From a virus: a DNA stretch of 17,625 bases. Positions within the stretch are counted from its first letter, which is position 1, and each line of letters starts with the position of its first letter. The stretch spans positions 1 through 17,625 of the IMG/VR virus record IMGVR_UViG_3300045988_101864. One strand, 5' to 3'. Below the pieces are notes generated by a model. The model did no database searches, was not told the origin of the DNA, and was given only the letters and a program-made list of their open reading frames with translations. Below, piece by piece: positions 1 through 6,529 of the stretch. The translations under genes were made by a program, and so were the position numbers.

Positions 1-32
1 AAAAAGTGTTTATACGGTACATTATGGGATTT
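1..32. repeat. Left inverted terminal repeat (ITR), candidate protein-primed replication origin
   Basis: Bases 1-32 (aaaaagtgtttatacggtacattatgggattt) equal the reverse complement of 17594-17625, with one mismatch (C15 vs A17611). The end begins with a run of five A, as needed for sliding-back initiation in TP-primed phages. Confidence 0.9.
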
Positions 33-54
33 TTCCCCTAACCATCATAAGCAA

Positions 55-74
55 CTTGTGAATAATATCACAAG
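55..74. promoter_or_regulatory. Perfect palindrome CTTGTGA-ATAATA-TCACAAG (TGTGA-N6-TCACA core); candidate operator or protein-binding site near the left origin
   Basis: Arms 55-61 and 68-74 are exact reverse complements separated by 6 nt. The site lies in the non-coding left end, 23 bp inside the ITR. Confidence 0.5.
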
Positions 75-90
75 GCAAAAATAGAATCAA
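62..90 (-). promoter_or_regulatory. Possible outward-facing (leftward) promoter: TTGATT-17-TATTAT with TG extension
   Basis: On the minus strand the -35 TTGATT is at 90-85 and TGaTATTAT at 70-62, with a 17-bp spacer. The match is weaker than the plus-strand promoters and the context is AT-rich. Confidence 0.3.
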
Positions 91-95
91 ATTTA

Positions 96-104
96 TGGTA
101 TAAA
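96..104 (+). promoter_or_regulatory. Extended -10 element TGgTATAAA inside the recurring ATTTATGGTATAA motif
   Basis: The 13-mer atttatggtataa (91-103) recurs at 13951-13963, upstream of the portal gene. No -35 element is present. Confidence 0.3.
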
Positions 105-108
105 ATAC

Positions 109-137
109 TTGACAATAACAGCATACCATGTTATACT
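109..137 (+). promoter_or_regulatory. Early sigma-A-type promoter: TTGACA-17-TATACT with TG extension
   Basis: TTGACA at 109-114, TG at 129-130, TATACT at 132-137, 17-bp spacer. Confidence 0.7.
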
Positions 138-205
138 ATAGATGAAAAGAAAGGAGATATACAAAAGAGATTGAAAAAGAAAATTATAAAAAGTAAAAAT
201 AAAGC

Positions 206-234
206 TTGACAAAAAGTCAAAAATAGCTTATAAT
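206..234 (+). promoter_or_regulatory. Consensus early promoter TTGACA-17-TATAAT, with TTGAC-N5-GTCAA palindrome over the -35
   Basis: TTGACA at 206-211 and TATAAT at 229-234. ttgacaaaaagtcaa (206-220) is a 5-bp-arm palindrome. Confidence 0.85.
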
Positions 235-266
235 AAAGATGTAAAAAGAAAGAGGTAAAGAAAATG
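206..266 (+). repeat. Copy 1 of a 61-bp direct repeat spanning promoter, leader, SD and ATG
   Basis: 60/61 identical to 671-731; the only difference is A235 vs T700. Confidence 0.95.
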
Positions 267-614
267 AAAAAGTACACGAAGAAAGCCTTAAGGGAAGAGG
301 CAAAAAGATTAGGGGCATTTGAGTTAACAAAAGAATGCTATCATTATGAGGATGACTTATACAAGTTAACACATTTGTATAATGTTAAGACTGGTGAGGA
401 TTACACAAAATTAAGCAATGCAGTTCTTAAATTTTTAGATCATTACAATATTAAAATTTCAGATTTTTATGGAGGTTTTGCAAATGCTTCAGCAACGCAA
501 CTTGGATACAGTTGTGGGAAGTATGGCAATAGTGGACAGTTACATGAGATTACTTTTTACGATGCAAATTGGGGGCACGCAAGGGAATCTGTATACGTTT
601 ATTATGTAGAATAG
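264..614 (+). CDS. Hypothetical early protein (116 aa)
   Basis: ORF with SD AGAGG 8 nt upstream of the ATG, directly downstream of a consensus promoter. No family recognised. Confidence 0.8.
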   Translation: MKKYTKKALREEAKRLGAFELTKECYHYEDDLYKLTHLYNVKTGEDYTKLSNAVLKFLDHYNIKISDFYGGFANASATQLGYSCGKYGNSGQLHEITFYDANWGHARESVYVYYVE

Positions 615-670
615 TTAGTTAATTCTAACTATTCTATATAAATTCTACTTAAAATAAGTGAAAATAACTA

Positions 671-699
671 TTGACAAAAAGTCAAAAATAGCTTATAAT
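671..699 (+). promoter_or_regulatory. Consensus early promoter TTGACA-17-TATAAT (duplicate of 206-234)
   Basis: TTGACA at 671-676 and TATAAT at 694-699, with the same TTGAC-N5-GTCAA palindrome. Confidence 0.85.
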
Positions 700-731
700 T
701 AAGATGTAAAAAGAAAGAGGTAAAGAAAATG
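671..731 (+). repeat. Copy 2 of the 61-bp promoter/leader/ATG direct repeat
   Basis: 60/61 identical to 206-266. Confidence 0.95.
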
Positions 732-1025
732 CTAGAAAACATTAATATTTTAGATCGTTATGATGAAACACAAAAGAACAGAGGACAATTGTCTCTGTTC
801 TTGGAAGAAATGGGTATCACATTGGTTGAACTTGAAAAAGAGGAGGGCATTACTGTAGAAGATGAGTTTGCATTATGCGAGTGGGATTATGTACTGGAAG
901 AAATATACAATAAATATAGAGATTTAGTATATGATAATGTGTTATTTACTGCTATTGGATTATGTCACGTGTTGCGAAAAAGATGTTCAGCAGATGGAAT
1001 TTATAAGGAGGTATATTATGAATAA
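729..1025 (+). CDS. Hypothetical acidic early protein (98 aa)
   Basis: Same leader and SD as the first gene. By hand count about 22 Asp/Glu versus 10 Lys/Arg. Confidence 0.8.
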   Translation: MLENINILDRYDETQKNRGQLSLFLEEMGITLVELEKEEGITVEDEFALCEWDYVLEEIYNKYRDLVYDNVLFTAIGLCHVLRKRCSADGIYKEVYYE

Positions 1026-1362
1026 ACCAGTGGAATTACTTTATGATGAGTATATTGAAAGTTATGATCCAAAAGCCATGCTTTCAAAACTCAAGAAAAG
1101 TGAATTAATTGAGTTATTAATGTATGCTACAGATGACGTTCAAAGAACTGAATCATGCGCACTATTAGAAGAAGAAAATCAGGAATTGACTGAAAGATTA
1201 GAATACATTCACGAAGAATGTATTGACATTGACAATTTAAAACAATGGATGGAATGCAGAACAAATGACATAGTTATTGAATTGTTACCTAAACTTTTAG
1301 ATCAATACGTTAGAGAAATGAACCAAGCAAAACAGTTGCAAGACAAGAAAATGTATGCATAG
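1018..1362 (+). CDS. Hypothetical acidic, probably helical or coiled-coil early protein (114 aa)
   Basis: Start moved to ATG 1018, which has AAGGAGG at 1005-1011. It overlaps the previous stop. The track start at 931 lacks an SD and overlaps 95 nt of the upstream gene. Confidence 0.75.
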   Translation: MNKPVELLYDEYIESYDPKAMLSKLKKSELIELLMYATDDVQRTESCALLEEENQELTERLEYIHEECIDIDNLKQWMECRTNDIVIELLPKLLDQYVREMNQAKQLQDKKMYA

Positions 1363-1374
1363 GAGGACTAATAA

Positions 1375-1416
1375 ATGAATAGGACAATTAATTATTGTGT
1401 ACGAGGGAGAATTTAA
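1375..1416 (+). CDS. Possible 13-codon micro-ORF (MNRTINYCVRGRI) coupled to the next gene
   Basis: GGAGG at 1362-1366 lies 8 nt upstream of ATG 1375. The TAA stop at 1414-1416 is 2 nt before ATG 1419, and the downstream gene's SD lies inside the micro-ORF. Confidence 0.25.
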   Translation: MNRTINYCVRGRI

Positions 1417-1418
1417 AA

Positions 1419-1688
1419 ATGAAACTATCAGCAAATGCAGAAGCAATTTTTAGGGATATGGAAATTCAGTATTCAAGATGTATAACAAGGTTGTATGAAA
1501 AGGAATATTTTCAAGCAGGCATAGATGCGTATACTATCACGGGCTATAAAGATGCTATTACAAAGGCCTTTGATAATGACTGTATCACTAAGGATGAAGC
1601 AATACACTTATTAGAAGTATTAAACTGCTATTTAATATCTATTAGTAAATTATTGGGAGAAAGCGAGGTGATGTCAGATGATGAATAA
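1419..1688 (+). CDS. Hypothetical early protein (89 aa)
   Basis: ATG 1419 is preceded by GAGGGAGA (1403-1410). The track start at 1395 is a TTG without an SD. Confidence 0.75.
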   Translation: MKLSANAEAIFRDMEIQYSRCITRLYEKEYFQAGIDAYTITGYKDAITKAFDNDCITKDEAIHLLEVLNCYLISISKLLGESEVMSDDE

Positions 1689-1890
1689 CTATCCAACACC
1701 CAACACTTTCATGATTCATCTAGCTGATGAAATGAAACAAGTTTTTGAAGGTGTGGGAGATAATGAAACAAAAGCCTTTGTTTTGGATGATATCTATATA
1801 CATAAAGTCCACGCATGGAAGTGGGCAGATGATGAACTAGCTTATTTGAACGCAGTATATGACAGATACATGAAGGAGCTTTTATCATGA
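1678..1890 (+). CDS. Hypothetical early protein (70 aa)
   Basis: GAGGTG at 1665-1670, 7 nt upstream. Overlaps the upstream gene by 11 nt. Confidence 0.75.
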   Translation: MMNNYPTPNTFMIHLADEMKQVFEGVGDNETKAFVLDDIYIHKVHAWKWADDELAYLNAVYDRYMKELLS

Positions 1891-2159
1891 TTCACTATAA
1901 AAAGTTCGTTAAATACCACAATCAGATGGTTACACTAACACGTATCAATTTGCATGATGCACGTTTCTTTTTCAAGATTGGATATGATATTTACATCGTA
2001 CAAGACTTAACTGAGTTTGATAAGAAAGACGAGTTAAGACTTCTTTTCAACGCAAACAGAAATCAAGGTATAAAGAATTTTGACGATGTTTGCAAAGTAT
2101 TTAGGAGTCATTACAAAGTTAAAAAGTCTAAAACATTGTTGTATTTTATACTTGTATAA
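1887..2159 (+). CDS. Hypothetical early protein (90 aa)
   Basis: ATGA overlap with the upstream stop; AAGGAG at 1873-1878. Confidence 0.75.
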   Translation: MIHYKKFVKYHNQMVTLTRINLHDARFFFKIGYDIYIVQDLTEFDKKDELRLLFNANRNQGIKNFDDVCKVFRSHYKVKKSKTLLYFILV

Positions 2160-2180
2160 AGTATAAAAGTATGATAGTAT
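2152..2180 (+). promoter_or_regulatory. Possible internal promoter TTGTAT-17-TAGTAT with TG extension
   Basis: -35 at 2152-2157, TG at 2172-2173, -10 at 2175-2180. Lies in the 47-bp gap before the membrane-protein gene. Confidence 0.3.
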
Positions 2181-2206
2181 TCAGGTACAAAAGAAAGGAG
2201 CATAAA

Positions 2207-2443
2207 ATGAAATATGAATATTTGTTCGTATTCTTGTTTGGTATGTATTTATTATACTATGTTATAGCAGTCTATAATGGTGTAATAAAGATGAAAGATA
2301 AGAAATGCTGGTATTTGGTGCACGTTAGTGTATTCAAGATTCTAATAGCAACGGCTATTGCATTAGGGGCTATGTTTATCATTCAATCCTACAGGATTGA
2401 TTCATTAAAGAAGGAGGTACAATACTATGAAAGCCAAAAATAA
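2207..2443 (+). CDS. Small membrane protein with two predicted TM helices (78 aa)
   Basis: ATG 2207 with AAAGGAG at 2193-2199. Hydrophobic stretches YLFVFLFGMYLLYYVIAVY and ILIATAIALGAMFII are followed by a charged C-terminus. Confidence 0.75.
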   Translation: MKYEYLFVFLFGMYLLYYVIAVYNGVIKMKDKKCWYLVHVSVFKILIATAIALGAMFIIQSYRIDSLKKEVQYYESQK

Positions 2444-2807
2444 TTTAGATTTATTCAGAAATGAGATTATTTATGAATTGACAAAAGGTGGATATATTTA
2501 TGATGTAATGATGAATATTTATTTAAGAGAATCTGGTAATGAAACACGTTGTGTAGAGCATATGTTAAAATGGTACGCAGATGTTCCAGGTGAAACATTA
2601 GAACTAGATGAATATTCGTACCATCTGATTAATGAATATTATTCTGTATTGTTAGAAGAAGCTATTATTGATTTCAATAGTAAACCAGTTGAGTGGTACA
2701 CTATGTTTAAAACATTAATTAGGATGGATCTTATTCCTTCAAGATATTCACAAATGCCTTTAGGCAAATTTATGAAGATTATACGATTAAAGGAGAAAAA
2801 GAAATGA
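2427..2807 (+). CDS. Hypothetical early protein (126 aa)
   Basis: AAGGAGG at 2411-2417; overlaps the upstream gene by 17 nt. Confidence 0.8.
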   Translation: MKAKNNLDLFRNEIIYELTKGGYIYDVMMNIYLRESGNETRCVEHMLKWYADVPGETLELDEYSYHLINEYYSVLLEEAIIDFNSKPVEWYTMFKTLIRMDLIPSRYSQMPLGKFMKIIRLKEKKK

Positions 2808-3100
2808 AAGTATATTTTTTCAAACTTAAAGATAGTCAAAAAGTTGAAGGTGCTTCCTTATATCCAAACGAGGTTTACAGAATGATGGAAGGAAAACCTT
2901 ATAATGACATTCGGATGTATACAGCTTCCATTAGTCCATGCGTTTATGGTCTGTTCAAAAGTGCAAGAAGTAAAGGCAAGACGCAGGACGACAACTTCTG
3001 GGTGGCTCGTTATATTGAAGAAAATGAAGGAGTGCTTACAAACAAAATCAGAAAGCCAAATATACACTTTTTAAAAAGTTTTTGGAGGGGAGGTATTTAA
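2804..3100 (+). CDS. Hypothetical early protein (98 aa)
   Basis: ATGA overlap with the upstream stop; AAGGAG at 2790-2795. Confidence 0.8.
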   Translation: MKVYFFKLKDSQKVEGASLYPNEVYRMMEGKPYNDIRMYTASISPCVYGLFKSARSKGKTQDDNFWVARYIEENEGVLTNKIRKPNIHFLKSFWRGGI

Positions 3101-3101
3101 A

Positions 3102-3359
3102 ATGTCAGTATTATACAACAAGATTCAGAGAACCATTAATACTACAATTGTAAATGTATTGGTGTTTGATGATGATACGAACAACACTCGTGAAGTATCA
3201 ACAGTATTCAGCAACAAATTGAAAGCGGATAAAGTCATGAGTGAGTTTAGTAAAATGGGATATAAACCAATTAAGGTATTATCTCTATCTTATGGTAAAG
3301 AATACTATGAAATGGAGTTAGATACATTTATTAAATATGCTAAAAAAGTAGAAATGTAA
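3102..3359 (+). CDS. Possible phi29 p6-like double-stranded DNA-binding (origin/histone-like) protein (85 aa)
   Basis: The CDS itself is solid (GGAGGGGAGG SD). The function call rests on two things. Its position directly upstream of SSB-TP-pol matches phi29 gene 6. A hand alignment to my recollection of phi29 p6 pairs TINTTIVNV with TKTTVNV and IKVLSLSYGKEYYEMELDTFIKYA with VQVVSVEPNTEVYELPVEKFLEVA. Not verified by search. Confidence 0.45.
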   Translation: MSVLYNKIQRTINTTIVNVLVFDDDTNNTREVSTVFSNKLKADKVMSEFSKMGYKPIKVLSLSYGKEYYEMELDTFIKYAKKVEM

Positions 3360-3375
3360 AAAGGAGGACAAGCAT

Positions 3376-3717
3376 ATGATGAACAAATTATTTTTAGAAG
3401 GAAGATTGACAAAGGACCCTTATGTAAACGAAAAGGGTACAGTGGTTATGTTTACATTGGCACAGGACACTGGTTACAAGGATAAGAAAGGGAACAAAAT
3501 TACTAATTTTGTCAGCCTAAAAGCCTTTGGAGAAGGTTTAGTCAAGGTCATTGGTGACTACTGCTTAAAAGGTGATTTAATTTCAGTAGAGGCGCATGCT
3601 ACGACTGAAAACAACAATGGTGATTATTCAATCGCATTGATTGTTGACAGTATGCACTTCTTAACAAAATATGAGCAGAAGGACGAAGAACCGAAGCCAA
3701 AATCAAGAAGAAGATAA
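3376..3717 (+). CDS. ssb: Single-stranded DNA-binding protein, bacterial OB-fold type (113 aa)
   Basis: N-terminus KLFLEGRLTKDP matches the canonical SSB start (B. subtilis RVVLVGRLTKDP), followed by an OB-fold pattern (FTLA...F..L.AFG...CLKGDLISVE). AAGGAGG SD. The C-terminus is basic (KPKSRRR), not the acidic DDDIPF-type tip. Confidence 0.75.
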   Translation: MMNKLFLEGRLTKDPYVNEKGTVVMFTLAQDTGYKDKKGNKITNFVSLKAFGEGLVKVIGDYCLKGDLISVEAHATTENNNGDYSIALIVDSMHFLTKYEQKDEEPKPKSRRR

Positions 3718-3723
3718 ATTACA

Positions 3724-3750
3724 AAAGGGATAGGGTTCTATCCCTTTAAT
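3724..3750 (+). terminator. Intrinsic terminator-like hairpin after ssb
   Basis: 10-bp stem aaagggatag/ctatcccttt (3724-3733 / 3738-3747) with loop ggtt. The trailing U-tract (tttaatt) is weak. Confidence 0.5.
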
Positions 3751-3755
3751 TGTAG

Positions 3756-3761
3756 TATAAT
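3756..3761 (+). promoter_or_regulatory. Possible -10 box TATAAT upstream of the TP gene
   Basis: Perfect TATAAT 30 nt upstream of ATG 3792, but no TG extension and no recognisable -35. Confidence 0.25.
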
Positions 3762-3791
3762 AGAAGTACGATAAGCTCGGAGGTAAAGCCT

Positions 3792-4586
3792 ATGGCAAAA
3801 AGAAAGACGATAAACATAAAGAAAGTAAAGCTAATACGACCAGCATATAGACCACCTCAAAAGATAGTCAATGCTTTTGCAAACCCTTTAGGAGTAAGGC
3901 CAGAAGAAGTTAAAGTTGATGTCAAGAAGAAACGTAAACACAAAAGGTCTGTTAAAATTGAAGCACCTAAAATAAGTCACAAGCCAAAGAAAACAATATC
4001 ATTGACAAGGTCCAAGGGTGGAAAGCTTGAGTTAAAGACAAAGCAGAAACGCACTAGAATCAGTGTTAAGAAAGTAAAGCCAAAATCAACACGTATCGGA
4101 AGAAAACAGAGAATCAGAAGAAAGCCAGTAAAGGAAGTCTCTAATTTCCCTTTAGCAAAAGAACCAACGATAGCGACTGGAATTGAAGATGTAGAAGATA
4201 TTGAATTATCTGATGAATACATTGACTGGTCGAGTGCTAAACAGAGTGCGATTGATAGATTATACAGTGCATTGCATTTAATGGCTGATGAAAACCCAGA
4301 AGCAAGTTCTAAGGAGCTTGCACATATAGGTGCTGATTATGTAGTCAACTATTTAAAAGATACTTTCATTGATTATGATGAAGACACACTGGCAGAGTTT
4401 CTATTGTCATATCCACTGGCAGACTTTTTTGACAGTTATGTATTGTTCTATGGTGGACTTGGTCTAGTAACTGGTGACACAAGTCAACTGTACAAACTAG
4501 AAGACCAATTGGCTAGATATGCAGATAATCTAAGCTATAATTATAAAAAAGATTTAGCGAACAGCGACAGATTGGACGATATTTAG
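3792..4586 (+). CDS. Terminal protein (phi29 gp3 analogue; 264 aa)
   Basis: Lies immediately upstream of the protein-primed polymerase (2-nt gap) and is close in size to phi29 TP (266 aa). The N-terminal half is extremely basic. The acidic C-terminal domain contains ADFFDSY, resembling the phi29 priming-loop EEFDS(232)E as I recall it. Confidence 0.7.
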   Translation: MAKRKTINIKKVKLIRPAYRPPQKIVNAFANPLGVRPEEVKVDVKKKRKHKRSVKIEAPKISHKPKKTISLTRSKGGKLELKTKQKRTRISVKKVKPKSTRIGRKQRIRRKPVKEVSNFPLAKEPTIATGIEDVEDIELSDEYIDWSSAKQSAIDRLYSALHLMADENPEASSKELAHIGADYVVNYLKDTFIDYDEDTLAEFLLSYPLADFFDSYVLFYGGLGLVTGDTSQLYKLEDQLARYADNLSYNYKKDLANSDRLDDI

Positions 4587-4588
4587 GC

Positions 4589-6529
4589 ATGGCTAGAAAA
4601 AGAAAGAAGAAAATACTGGTAGGTGACTTTGAAACCACTGTATACAAAGGTCAGCAGGATACCCAAGTATGGGCCAGTGCAGTAGTTGAACTGTATACAG
4701 AGGACGCAAAAGTTTTCCATTCGATCGAAGCTACATGGGAATATCTGATAAGTTTAAAATCAGATGTTCTCATCTATTATCATAATCTTGGGTTTGATGG
4801 TACATTCTGGTTATGCTATTTGTTAGGAAAGCTGAAATTGAAGCAGGCATATGAGGATTTGTCTACAATGGACGAGTTCAAAGTCAAATGGATTCCAAAC
4901 GAGGATATGCCAGATGGAAGTATCAAGTACAGTATATCTAACATGGGTAAGTATTATTCCATCACTTGTTTTGTGAAAGGACATTACATTGAGTTTAGAG
5001 ACAGTCTAAAACTTCTTCCTTTCTCTGTATCTGAAATTGGAAAAGCATTCAAGACAAAGCATCAAAAATTGGCAATGGAATACGAAGGGTTCAGGTACCC
5101 TAACTGTTTCATTTCAGATGAAGAAAAGGAATATATTAAGAATGATGTTTACGTGGTAAAGGAAGCACTTGAATTTATGTTTGAACAGAAACACGATTCC
5201 ATGACGATTGGTACGTGCTGTATGAAAGAGTTCAAGCATACCTATGACAAGTGGACTTACGAAGAAATGTTCCCAGATTTAAAAGCGATAGAACTGGATG
5301 AAGATAAGTTTGGTTCAAAGGATGTAGATGAATATATTAGAAGGTCCTATCGAGGTGGATGGTGCTACGTTGTAAAAGGATGCGAGAACAGAATTTTTAA
5401 AAAAGGATGTGTATGCGATGTAAACAGTTTATACCCTTCCGTTATGCACTCATCATCTGGTAATGCATATCCTATTGGTCAGCCATTGTTCTGGAAAGGA
5501 AATTTCATACACCCAGAAGCATTGAGGGACAATATGTATTATTTCGTGCGTATTAAAACCAGATTCAAATTGAAAAAAGGTATGCTTCCATTTATTCAGA
5601 TAAAGAACAGTGGAATGTACAAGTCCAATGAATATCTGGAAACGAGTGACTTTAAAATCAATGGAAAATATTATAAAGGGTATATTGACAAGGACGGAAA
5701 CAAGGTAGATGCAAGGCCTACCCTTACATTGACCATGACGGATTATGCACTCTTTAGAAAACACTATGATGTAAAGGACTTTGAAATTCTGGATGGGTGT
5801 TACTTTGAATCTAGAGCAGGTATCTTTGATGACTATATCAATCCTTGGCGAGACTTGAAAATGAAGTCTACTGGAGCCATGCGACAACTGGCAAAACTTT
5901 TCTTGAACAATCTTTACGGTAAAATGGCTACGAACTCATGTTCAAGTTTTAAAGTAGTCAATATCATTGATGGCAAGATTGACTATGACTTGGTGATTGA
6001 GTTTGAAAAGAAGACTGGATATATTGCTTGTGGAAGTGCCATTACCAGTTATGCCAAAAACTTTACTATCACAAATGCTCAGAACAATTTTACAGGTAGT
6101 GTCAATCCAAAGTTTGTATATGCGGATACAGATAGTATTCACTGTATGTGTTCTCGTGAAGAACTTGTGGGTGTTAGAATACATCCAACAGACTTCAACG
6201 CTTGGAAGTGTGAAAGCTATTTTGATGAAGCCGTGTATGTGAGACAGAAAACCTATATAGAGCATATTACACATGAGGATGAAGTACCTTGTGAACCTCA
6301 TTATGATATCAAGTGTGCTGGCATGGGGAAGAGGTGCAAGGAACTGATGAATATATCTTTAAGTGGTGGGGAAGTGCCTACGGATGCAGATGAAAAAGAA
6401 AAAGAGTTCTTGCAGACAAGAAGAACTCTAAAGGATTTCAAGGTAGGATTGAAAGTTCCAAGTAATTTAAAACCTCATCGTATTGAGGGTGGTATTCTGT
6501 TAGAAAAATTTGACTATGTTATGAGATAA
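4589..6529 (+). CDS. Protein-primed family-B DNA polymerase (phi29 gp2 homologue; 646 aa)
   Basis: All hallmark motifs are present: ExoI DFETT, ExoII YYHNLGFDG, ExoIII YIKNDVYVV, motif A DVNSLYPSVM, motif B KLFLNNLYGKMA, motif C YADTDSIH, RQKTYIE, and KCAGMG. Confidence 0.97.
   Translation: MARKRKKKILVGDFETTVYKGQQDTQVWASAVVELYTEDAKVFHSIEATWEYLISLKSDVLIYYHNLGFDGTFWLCYLLGKLKLKQAYEDLSTMDEFKVKWIPNEDMPDGSIKYSISNMGKYYSITCFVKGHYIEFRDSLKLLPFSVSEIGKAFKTKHQKLAMEYEGFRYPNCFISDEEKEYIKNDVYVVKEALEFMFEQKHDSMTIGTCCMKEFKHTYDKWTYEEMFPDLKAIELDEDKFGSKDVDEYIRRSYRGGWCYVVKGCENRIFKKGCVCDVNSLYPSVMHSSSGNAYPIGQPLFWKGNFIHPEALRDNMYYFVRIKTRFKLKKGMLPFIQIKNSGMYKSNEYLETSDFKINGKYYKGYIDKDGNKVDARPTLTLTMTDYALFRKHYDVKDFEILDGCYFESRAGIFDDYINPWRDLKMKSTGAMRQLAKLFLNNLYGKMATNSCSSFKVVNIIDGKIDYDLVIEFEKKTGYIACGSAITSYAKNFTITNAQNNFTGSVNPKFVYADTDSIHCMCSREELVGVRIHPTDFNAWKCESYFDEAVYVRQKTYIEHITHEDEVPCEPHYDIKCAGMGKRCKELMNISLSGGEVPTDADEKEKEFLQTRRTLKDFKVGLKVPSNLKPHRIEGGILLEKFDYVMR

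Noticed and set aside
142-206. SD-like AAGGAG (151-156) and tiny ORFs in the left leader: ATG 142 with 10 codons and TTG 171 with 12 codons.
   Set aside because: ATG 142 lies upstream of the predicted transcription start for the 109-137 promoter. TTG 171 is 14 nt from the SD. The peptides are Lys-rich translations of an A-rich leader.
610-633. 9-bp AT-rich hairpin (aatagttag/ctaactatt) after the first gene, considered as a terminator.
   Set aside because: The stem is all A-T apart from two G-C pairs and no U-tract follows. It may slightly insulate the duplicated promoter but does not qualify as an intrinsic terminator.
931-1017. Longer N-terminal extensions offered by the ORF track: 931 for the 1018 gene, 1395 (TTG) for 1419, 2171 for 2207, 14919 for 14937, 7880 (GTG) for 7871, and 8939 for 9005.
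   Set aside because: Where an internal ATG has a properly spaced GGAGG-type SD, that start was preferred: 1018, 1419, 2207, 14937 and 7871. The upstream starts lack an SD or overlap the preceding gene extensively. The 8939 start was rejected only because it overlaps the endolysin gene; ATG 9005 has no SD either.
5453-6301. Antisense and alternative-frame ORFs inside the polymerase gene (5453-5887 minus, 5942-6301 minus, 5997-6242 plus). Similar shadow ORFs occur at 2639-2839, 2858-3067, 3977-4222, 8631-9004, 9742-9939, 10002-10232, 11844-12032, 12386-12592, 13297-13563, 16715-16909 and 17279-17470.
   Set aside because: All lie wholly inside well-supported genes on the other strand or frame. 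They lack SD sequences and their products are low-complexity or hydrophobic nonsense typical of shadow ORFs.
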